Origin: Eledone cirrhosa
Taxonomy: Eukaryota
Reading direction: 5' to 3'
Length of the DNA stretch: 64,000 nt
Assembly (NCBI GenBank): GCA_964016885.1
Contig: OZ024742.1
Span: forward strand, 44,516,001 to 44,580,000
This document shows positions 1 through 9,445 of the stretch, one piece after another; within the stretch, counting starts at the first letter, position 1, and every line of letters begins with the position of its first letter. The notes below the pieces were generated by a model, which had not been told where the DNA came from, made no database searches, and saw nothing but the letters and a program-made list of their open reading frames with translations. The position numbers and the translations under genes are program-made.

Positions 1-257
1 AGGTCGGTTCATCTTTCTTGTTGGCAACATTTGATAAGATGGTTTACACTAATACATCGAAACCAGTTACATTTTATATATTTTATATACATCATAAAAC
101 TCCTTTTTTTTAAAAGAATTGTTCCTCTCATTTTTCAATAATGTCACTTTGACGAATCAAAGAAAAAAAAACAGATCCTTAAATATATTTTCCATACTAT
201 TTCCAATTCCACTTTTTCTCTATAACCCCTGTTTTGTATAGAACCTTACTCTCTTTT

Positions 258-355
<98 letters not shown>

Positions 356-392
356 TAATATAAGATCAAAAGATGGTTAAAGGAGTTCCATG

Positions 393-463
393 TATTTTAT
401 TATGCGCATTTCAAAAACAAACATCATCATGCAATAATATTTGTGTTTTCATCAGATAAAACA
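393..463 (-). ncRNA. Minimal type-I hammerhead ribozyme (inverted copy)
   Basis: Reverse complement of 592-660 with a 2-nt insertion in stem II. Confidence 0.8.
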
Positions 464-591
464 GGAGAACATGATATGAAGGCTAAAAAACACTTGTGGA
501 TAGTGCAGTTTTAAATCAATTTATCAACATATATGTTGATTTAAAACTGCACTATCCACAAGTGTTTTTTAGCCTTCATATCATGTTCTCC

Positions 592-660
592 TGTTTTATC
601 TGATGAAAACAAATATTATTGCATGATGATGTTTGTTTTTGAAATGCGCATAATAAAATA
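592..660 (+). ncRNA. Minimal type-I hammerhead ribozyme
   Basis: tgttttat CTGATGA [aaacaaatattatt..atgatgatgtttgttt] GAAA tgcgca TA ataaaata: stems I and II pair, stem III is palindromic. Confidence 0.85.
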
Positions 661-1167
661 CATGGAACTCCTTTAACCATCTTTTGATCTTATATTATGT
701 ATACTCCAGTCCTACAAACTGTAGAGTGCTTCTTATCCGATATCTGCATTGCTTTATTGTACTACAATAAAACTCACCTCCTACATATATATATATATAT
801 ATATACACATGTGTGAGTGTGTGTACTCACAATACTCCCTCTTCTCTCACTCACTGTTGATAACAATTACTCTCTTTTCTCCCATCATGCTGCACATGCT
901 GTTTCTATTCAATCTCTTTACCAACAACCTTCATTCCGCTGTCTATCACTGTCATTTTTTTCACTACTCTCTCTTCCCTATCACTCTTTGCTCTTGTTTC
1001 TCTAGTTCTCTTCTATTACTGATTCTGTCTCCCTTTCATTAGCTTCCCATTTATATACTGGTCTTAGAGAATGAATAGAGACAACATAGGGCTGAAAGAA
1101 CCCTTTAATCTTGTTGGGGACAAGACATCTTTTCTAATGATGGTGCTATGATAAGATACACTTGTTG

Positions 1168-1591
1168 CATGGGCAGCAACTGCAGAGGATATGCGATGGC
1201 TGGAGAGAAATGAAGCAAGCATGCTCCGTTGGATGTGTAATGTCAATGTATGTGAACGACCAAGCATGGATGAGTTGAGAGAGAAACTGGGTATAAGAGG
1301 GATAAGTTATAGTGAGCGGGAGAGAAGACTGCGATGGTATGGACATGTGATGCGCATGGAGGATGATCGCTGGGTAAAGAAGTGCCAAGAAATGCCAGTA
1401 GAAGGAAGACACAGTAGAGGAAGACCACATAAAACATGGGTGGAGGTGGTGAGAGTAGACGTCAGATCACTGAAGCTCACAGAGGAGATGACGAAGGACC
1501 ATGACAAGTGGAGAGATGCTGGACTGAATAGGACCTGTCCCACCCTTGCAAGCAGGGAAAAGCGGACATAAAATGATGATGATGATGATGT
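1168..1591 (+). mobile_element. RTE-clade LINE 3' fragment with (GAT)n tail
   Basis: RRLRWYGHVMRM..RGRPHKTW C-terminus; ORF runs directly into cccacccttgcaagcagggaaaagcggac..(atg)n. Confidence 0.9.
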
Positions 1592-1871
1592 TGCATGCTC
1601 TAAAGTGGTTGTTTATAGGGAGGGCATCTAGATGTAGAAACCATGCAAAAGGGAAATGTACAAATGAGTCATGAACTCTGACCTCACTCTCTGTGTAGTA
1701 ACACTGAATAAGAACTGATTTGGTCCATGATAACCGCTCTATTTTATGCCAGCTAGGAAAAGCGGGTGTAAAATGATGATTATAGATATATATCTCAAGG
1801 CCTTTGTCTTTGTTATTGATCATGGATATTTGAGTATTTATGTTGCCCTTTTGGCTAATAAAGAAATCATT

Positions 1872-1902
<31 letters not shown>

Positions 1903-3183
1903 CCATTATCAATATTATTATCGATCCATTGAAGCTAATGATGAACTGGATGAAATAGATTCACAGTAAAAAGGTTCTGTCTCTTGGTGATATATAGCAC
2001 TGATCTGGAAAGGTTGTTTCCCTGGCAACAGAATTCATGTTGATCTACAGAATTCCATGTCATCACTATTAAATGGTGATGACAATCTGGGTTGTGTTTT
2101 TTTTTTGTATTTGTTTTCATGTTTGTTTGTTCTACATATTATTTCAAATTTTGTTTTTGTGCATTCCTAAACATGTGATGTGAAGTATTTTGATGGAATT
2201 TGCAGTTGTTTTTGTGGCTTCTAACCACTCAACCATGAAATAGGTACTGATGGAATATGTTTATCTACAGTTGTTATTTAACCCAATGTTAGTCTTGATT
2301 CAGCAAGCCTATAATCAAAGACATTCCTGCCATGACTATTCCATTTTTTATTCAGATATAGTATATTTAGGACTATATCTAAATATGAATAATAGATGGG
2401 ATAGTCATAACTGGAACGTCTGCGATCATAGGTTTGCTGGCTATAGTATCTAGAACTAATAGATGTAGATATAGTTGAGTGGTTCTGAAGTTCACTTCAT
2501 AATCACGAGGTTTGACTAAAGCTTTGTGAGTGAAATAGGACAGACAGAAATTGTGTAGAAGCCGATCAGACAAAATTGACCTGTTGTTCAAAGGCCCAGA
2601 AGAGTACATATGAAATTTGGAGTGCTCAACCACTTACATCTTAATTCATGGGCTGGAGGTTCAGTTGATTGAACAACTGAATTCTCAATTTCATCATCAT
2701 CATCACCTAGGATGAAATTATCCTATGTGGCTATCCTTTTTTATGACAGCAAGATATCTGTATATATACGTACATACATATACATAATTATATACATATA
2801 CGTACTCATATACACATTTATATTAACTAATCTATAACAGTTATGCAACTTTATAGTATTCTGTTTCTGAGGATGTATTTTGTTGTGGCTAATAGTTAAA
2901 TAACTGCTATCGATTAGTCAATATATTGAAAAAAGGTTTCGTCTATTTTGCCCTCTGAAACGATTGTAATGAATTAATTAACTACTGAATCTTGCTTTAT
3001 TTGTTTTATTGCTCAATATTATATATATCTCTGTAGTTTTTGAATATTCAACAACATATAATAAGATACAAGATTTTCACAAAAAACTGTTTTTGCTTTG
3101 CTTCAATGGGATGTTCAGATGGACACTACATTGAGTTCTAATTAGGTTATAAGTCTTGCCTTAACTGAGTAGAATATTAATGT

Positions 3184-3214
<31 letters not shown>

Positions 3215-3514
3215 CATATATACATATATACATACGCACAGACACAGACAGACAGACATACACACATATATATATTAACATAAATAAATGGAGTTACTAG
3301 TTGAGACTAGTAAGACCATTGTTTAGATTAGTACTTCCTAGTTAAAAAAATAGAGTGAAGGTGAGTTCTTACCGTTTCAACATTGAGATAAAATACACAC
3401 ACACATATTTGTATATATTTTCTATTTTCCATTTTCTATTTTTTACTTTTTAACTTCCCTCCTTAAAGCTCCCATTACTCCTCCTCAGAGTTCCTGTTCT
3501 CCCCCTATCTGAAC

Positions 3515-3550
3515 TTTCCTGATAAAGGACTTCTGTCTGAAACGTCGAAA
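3515..3550 (+). ncRNA. Minimal hammerhead motif with a core substitution (CUGAUAA)
   Basis: tttc CTGATAA aggac ttct gtct GAAA cg TC gaaa; same family as 31279-31314. Confidence 0.6.
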
Positions 3551-3613
3551 CCTCCTCCACTTCCATGAAGTGTGAACCTAATATTGCCTCCTGTGTTTTG
3601 TTCGTTCATTTTA

Positions 3614-3647
<34 letters not shown>

Positions 3648-3665
3648 GTAATCTGAGTTTTTCGA

Positions 3666-5393
3666 ATCATCATCATCATCATCATCAACGTTTAACGTCC
3701 GTGTTCCACGCTTGCATGGGTTTGGACGGGGGTTTTCCCACTTGAGGCAAGAGTGATTATCTTGCTCGCATAAGACTATCTGGCGGGTTTTCTACAGTTG
3801 GATGCCCTTCCTAACACCAACCACATTTACAGTGTGGGGCTGGGAGGTTTTTACCGTGTTGCCTACACGGCCACATTACAGCGTGAACTGTGTGTTTTTT
3901 TGTCGTGACACCTACACGATCTCATTTGTTTCGGCCTGGATGTTGTGGCACCAACATAACTTTACATTGAAAGGGGCGGTGTGGATGGGGTGGGGGTGGT
4001 GGGACGGGGGTGTATTTTATTAGAGATGCCTACTGACTGTAGTAGGTTTTACTTTGTATTTAGGTAAGGTGGGTCTTCTCTATTACTGAGTACCGCCAAA
4101 GGTCTCGGTCCAGTGACATTGTCTTGGAGAGGTGTAAGTGTGTGAGGTCGGAATTTATCAGCTCGTCCCAGGTTTTTCTGGGTCTGCCTATTCCGTGGCT
4201 ACCGTCTATCTTTATTGCCCTGCACTTTGTTATACAGCTATCGTCTTTCATGCGCATCACGTGACCATACCAACGTAGCCTTCTCTCGAGTAAACAACAT
4301 CTGATCCCTCTTATTTCTAATTGTTTCCTTAGTTCATTTATGCTTTGCCGTTCATGTATATTACTATTACACATCCAGCGGAGCATGCAAGCTTCGTTCC
4401 TCTTTAGTCTGCGTATAACCTCTGCACACAATGCCCAGGTCTCACTGCCATGCAACATTGCTGTTCGTATGCAGGCATCATACAACCTGCCTTTCATTTT
4501 TAGGGAGAACCCTTTAGCGGCAAATAGTGGTATAAGCTCTCTGAACTTTTTCCATCCAGTTCTGACTCTAGCTACTGTACTTTCAGAGCACCCTCCCCCA
4601 CTGCTGATTTTGTCACCCAGGTAACGGAAGCTGTCCACTATTTCTATAGAACCCTCTGCACAGTTGAAAGAGCTAGTATTTAGTGGGCACTTGCTGCTAC
4701 TTATTGCACCAGAGCACCGGCCACATGTAAAATCTACGTTCTTAGTTAGCTTACCTATGATCCCACTACATCTTTTATGCACCCATACTTTGCATTTGGG
4801 ACACAAAATGGAGTTTCTACCTACGCCTTTCCTACACCCTGAGCATGGCCACTTCCCGGAAGGGACCGCCGCCTTATTTTCTTTCTTACAAACTAGAACT
4901 TTAGTCTTAGCCAGGTTAATTTTAAGGTCTTTTGATTCTAGGCCGTGCTTCCATGTTTGGAATTTCTTCTCTAGCTCGGCCATTGATTCAGCTATGAGTG
5001 TTAGGTCATCTGCGTATAGGAGTTCCCATGGGCAACCGGTCTTGAACTCCTCTGTTATAGCCTGAAGGGCAATAATAAATTGTAGGGGGCTGAGAACAGA
5101 GCCCTGATGGACGCCAACTTTTACGCTAAACTCTTCACTATATTCGTTGTTAATTCTAACCTTGCTGACTGTTTCTTTATACATGGCTTGTATAGCTCTC
5201 ACAAGCCATTCGTCAACACCTAGTTTTCTAAGAGCCCACCAGATAATGGAACGGGGGACTCTGTCGAAGGCTTTCTCCAAGTCGACAAAAGCTAAGTATA
5301 GGGGTTTACTTTTAGCTAGGTACTTCTCCTGTAGTTGTTGTACAATGAAAAGAGCGTCTGTGGTACTTTTGCCTGACACAAACCCGAACTGCA
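3666..5393 (-). mobile_element. 5'-truncated RTE LINE (RT + PHD-like finger, 3'UTR, (GAT)n tail)
   Basis: ORF 4060-5433: DLEKAFD, GVHQGSVLSP, LLYADD, RRLRWYGH; (cat)n at 3666-3685. Confidence 0.95.
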
Positions 5394-5865
5394 TATATTC
5401 ATAATAATATTCAATTCGTTGGCAATTATGCAAACAGCCTCTTTAAGCCATGTCAGTAGAATGACACGTCATTCTTGCTCTTGTGTTGGCATGTAAACAG
5501 AACTGCAGACACTAATGTTTCTGGGTGATTACCCTTTATCAGTACAGTATATTGCTTACCTGCCAACTGTCAGAGCTAGTGAAAATATATGATATTTTCT
5601 AAAATATACAGTGACTGATCGCCCTGATTTGTGTATTAGCAGACTGCCTGATCAGTCAGATCTGCATATTAGCAGACCCACTGATCAGCCAGATTTGCAT
5701 ATCAGCAGATAGGCCAGTCGGTTTCATGTATAAGAGCGATTAATAGCCAGCTTTGTCATACTCAAATAACTAACAAATAGTTTATCGCTCTACATGGCTG
5801 AATACAATAAATGTAACATTTATTGTATTCAGCCATGTAGAGCGATAAACTATTTGTTAGTTATT
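5394..5865 (-). mobile_element. Penelope-type pLTR remnant with decayed hammerhead (about 5505-5555) and a terminal hairpin of about 50-bp arms (5765-5865)
   Basis: Homologous to 6031-6145 and 31510-31730; minus strand reads CTGATAA agggtaatcaccca GAAA cat. Confidence 0.6.
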
Positions 5866-5909
5866 ATATATATATATATATATATATCTCTAATCTGAGT
5901 TTTTCGAAC

Positions 5910-6020
5910 ATTAATAATTGTTTCTACTTTAGGCACAAGGCCAGCAATTATCCAGTATATTACTGGTACTTTATTTTATCGACCTCGTAAGGATGAAAGG
6001 CAAAGTTAACCTCGGCGGGA
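5910..6020 (-). mobile_element. 5'-truncated tRNA-derived SINE (Meta-domain-like)
   Basis: Reverse complement of ccgaggttaactttgcctttcatcctt..gtcgataaaataaagtaccag; flanked by the direct repeat ttttcgaa(c/t)attaataat. Confidence 0.8.
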
Positions 6021-6252
6021 TTTTCGAATATTAATAATAACATTCGATTCATTTGCAATTATGCAAACAAGCCTCAATTTTATAGCCATGTCAGTAGAAT
6101 GAACACTTCATTCTTGCTCTTGTGTTGGCATGCGAACAGAACTGCATGTTCGCATGCCAACACAAGAGCAAGAATGAAGTGTTCATTCTACTGACATGGC
6201 TATAAAATTGAGGCTTGTTTGCATAATTGCAAACGAATCGAATGTTATTATT

Positions 6253-6438
6253 AGGGCGGTGGATTGGCAGTGTCGGTAGAGGGTCGGACGCCATGCTTTG
6301 ACGTTTAGAGTTACGGCCCTTGCCATTCTGAGTTCAAATCCCGCCTTTGCCTTTCATCCTTACGGGGTCGATAAAATTAAGTACCAGTAATGTACTGGGT
6401 AATTACTGGACTTGTGCCAAAAGTAAAAACAATTATTA
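6253..6438 (+). mobile_element. tRNA-derived SINE (Meta-domain-like)
   Basis: A box tggcagtgtcgg, B box gagttcaaatcc, gcctttcatcct..gtcgataaaat..gtaccag, tail ttgtgcc..aacaattatta. Confidence 0.85.
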
Positions 6439-7222
6439 GTATTTGAAAAACTCAGATTACATTTATTGTATTCAGCCATGTAGAGCGAAATTTTCTTTTT
6501 TATATATATATCTATATATCTATATATATATGAGCGTGTGTGTGTATATATATATATGCTAGCGTGGAAGATAGACATTAAACGATGACGATATATATAT
6601 ACATATATGTATATATATATATGTATATATATATACACATATATATATACATCACTGACACCATCCACCATCTTCACCACTACCACTACTACCACCACCA
6701 CCATCACTGTCACCATCCACCACCACCACCATCACCATCACTGATACCATCCACCACCTTCACCACCACCACTACCACCACCACCACCATCACTGACACC
6801 ATCCACCACCGCCACCTTCACCATCACTGACACCATCCACCACCATCACCACCACCATTCACCACCAACACCACTATCACTGGCACCATCCACCACCATC
6901 CACCACCACCACTATCACCAGCGATCAGGCCTTAAAAACAACTATAATAATAATACTAAATAACTATTCTGTTCTTGGCACGGGGTAGCGATTGTCCCAG
7001 CGCATTGCTGGTGCCTTGTTTTTTGGGCCCGGAGAGTGGAGAGCCGTTGCTCTTTGCTGTAAAGCAAACAATTATTATTTTTATTATATAAAAACTGAAC
7101 TGGACTGGAAAAGTCAACAGTTAACATGATTTTGAGTTTGTATCAGTACTGACGGTAATATATATATATATATATATGTACAATATATTAACAAATGGAA
7201 ACTATATTTATAAAACCATATT

Positions 7223-7288
7223 TATTTCATTATACATATTTCAAAGGCCACCTGAGAAAACTATGGTGCGCTTTCATCAGATAAAATA
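7223..7288 (-). ncRNA. Minimal hammerhead ribozyme
   Basis: Minus strand: tattttat CTGATGA aagcgcacc..ggtggccttt GAAA tatgta TA atgaaata. Confidence 0.75.
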
Positions 7289-8288
7289 TAATATAGGTTA
7301 GTTTTATAAATAAATATTGACATACCCTTAAAAAATGCAACCATTCTGGTTGGAATCTCCTGGATAGTGGAGTTATTAGATTTATTGTTGGTTTATTATG
7401 CAAATTAGTGTTGGAAACGTTTAAAAACAGTATATTTAAATTAAGCCGTTGGAATAGGGAAAAAAGAGAAAAGAAAGAGAAAAAAACGAAAGAAAGAAAG
7501 AGAAAAAACCTGAGTATATTTTAGTGAGAGAGAGTAGCGTAATTTTGAGAGAAGAGGTGAAGAAATAAATATAGCGTGGATGAATACCGTAAGATGGATA
7601 AACAATAATAAAGATGGATAAACAATAATAAAGATACGTTGAAGAATGTATCTAATGTTTAATTAATAAATTTGATTAAATGCTTAATTAATAATTTATC
7701 AATTCAATCCGTAGTTTAAATGTTTAAATGTGTGTTATATTATTAAAGTTGAGACCTATATATTATTATTAAAGAATATATATTATTAAAAAATATGTTA
7801 TTATTACAAAACCATATATATTTTTATTAATTATTAATTAATTATTTAAAAAAATTTGTAAGTTTAAATATCCGAATATTTCTAAGCTCATGGAATTTCC
7901 GAGAGTTTACAGAAGAATAATCCCAGTAGAGCGTAAAGGAAATTGCTAGCGATTTATTAATAATTTAGATAGCTCTAAGGATTAAATGCTATAAAGTTAA
8001 GATGTTAAAAAATTTAATTATCCATCTTAATAATGTAATTAGAGTATGAATTTTATGTTATATAATAGCAAGTTATAAATTCATAACTCCAACCTGTCAT
8101 ACAGTTATGACTGTTAAAAACATAAATTTGTTTGCTATAACGTGTTAACATTTAAACATTTAAAAAATTCATTCTTTGGAATATATCCAAAGCATAAACC
8201 ATAAAAAAAACTCTTTCATAAGAGTATATCTGTAGAATATATTTAAAGTATAAATTTTATATATATATAAACATTTTGACAAACATAT

Positions 8289-8332
<44 letters not shown>

Positions 8333-8338
8333 GCACAT

Positions 8339-8372
<34 letters not shown>

Positions 8373-8378
<6 letters not shown>

Positions 8379-8649
8379 TGGTAAATGGAATAGAAAATGC
8401 TGACAAATTGTTCACAATGAAAAATAGTTTAATTAGGAATAAGTGATAATTAGTAATAGTATTGGTTAGTATTAAGTTTTGGTTTTAAGTTAAAACTTAA
8501 ATTAAAACTTAAAACCAAAACTTAATACTAACCAATACTATTACTAATTATCACTTATTCCTAATTAAACTATTTTTCACTGTGAACAATTTGTCAGCAT
8601 TTTCTATTCCGTTTACCAATATATCATAACTTGTGTGTTACACCTCTAT

Positions 8650-8655
<6 letters not shown>
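8373..8655. repeat. Fold-back cassette (about 120-bp arms plus tail) in (TA)n; same family as 53205-53630
   Basis: atatattggtaaatggaatagaaaatgctgac.. / ..gtcagcattttctattccgtttaccaatatat. Confidence 0.8.
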
Positions 8656-8693
<38 letters not shown>

Positions 8694-9096
8694 TAAGCAT
8701 TTGAAAAATATATAAATACAAAATATACAATATAAAATATGAAATATGAATTATAATTTAAATTATGAATTATGAATTCTTTGTACCCATCATAGGAATT
8801 CTCAGGAAAAACTCCTTCTTCAAATCTTTCAGTACGTTTATCAAGAAAAGTTTTTCAAGAAAAAATCCTTTTAAGATAGTTATAAGCAGTCATATGAAGG
8901 AATCCAATGAGTTATGTATTTTTTTCCCTATTCCAACGGCTTAATTTAAATATACTGTTTTTAAACGTTTCCAACACTAATTTGCATAATAAACCAACAA
9001 TAAATCTAATAACTCCACTATCCAGGAGATTCCAACCAGAATGGTTGCATTTTTTAAGGGTATGTCAATATTTATTTATAAAACTAACCTATATTA

Positions 9097-9162
9097 TATT
9101 TTATCTGATGAAAGCGCACCATAGTTTGCTCAGGTGGCCCTTGAAATATGTATAATGAAATA
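9097..9162 (+). ncRNA. Minimal hammerhead ribozyme
   Basis: tattttat CTGATGA aagcgcacc..ggtggccctt GAAA tatgta TA atgaaata. Confidence 0.75.
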
Positions 9163-9445
9163 AATATGGTTTTATAAATATAGTTTCGATTTGTTAATAT
9201 ATTGTATATTTACTCCAATAATTTGTTGAGTGCTTTATATCAGTTATAAAAATATTTTGCTTGTTGTATCCCAACAAATTAAATATAACCTCTACATATA
9301 TATATGTATGTGTTTGTGTGTGTGAGTGGTGTGTGTGTGTTTGTATACATGAGTGTTGGTGTGTGAGTGGCGTGTGTGTTTGTAGTTTGTATGCATGAGT
9401 ATTGGTGTGTGAGTGTGTGTGTGCCGTGAGTGTCAATAAGTGGGT

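Larger units (their letters stand above)
355..785. mobile_element. Fold-back Penelope-type pLTR cassette (about 165-bp inverted arms plus one-sided tail) flanked by (TA)n
   Basis: 355-520 is the near-perfect reverse complement of 535-698; unpaired tail 699-785; each arm carries a hammerhead motif. Confidence 0.75.
5891..6459. repeat. Fold-back cassette (core arms about 105 bp, 6033-6252) with a SINE inserted in each arm
   Basis: taatctgagtttttcgaa..SINE..arm/arm..SINE..tttgaaaaactcagatta. Confidence 0.8.
7181..9295 (+). mobile_element. Decayed Penelope-like insertion bounded by about 270-bp inverted pLTRs
   Basis: 7181-7450 is the reverse complement of about 8930-9205; both arms hold hammerheads; tail 9205-9295; (TA)n on both sides. 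Confidence 0.65.

Noticed and set aside
25-75. Hammerhead-like TTGATAA gatg..catc GAAA ccag TT
   Set aside because: Stem I does not pair convincingly; probably a decayed copy, so not counted.
4340-5404. Long antisense ORFs over RTE RT (also 11410-12525)
   Set aside because: Shadow frames of LINE coding sequence with no independent motifs.
6253-6345. tRNA gene
   Set aside because: A and B boxes are present but there is no cloverleaf; it continues into a SINE core and tail, with many diverged copies in the window.
6655-6920. His/Pro/Thr-rich ORF
   Set aside because: Degenerate (CAC)n repeat with no splice or homology support.
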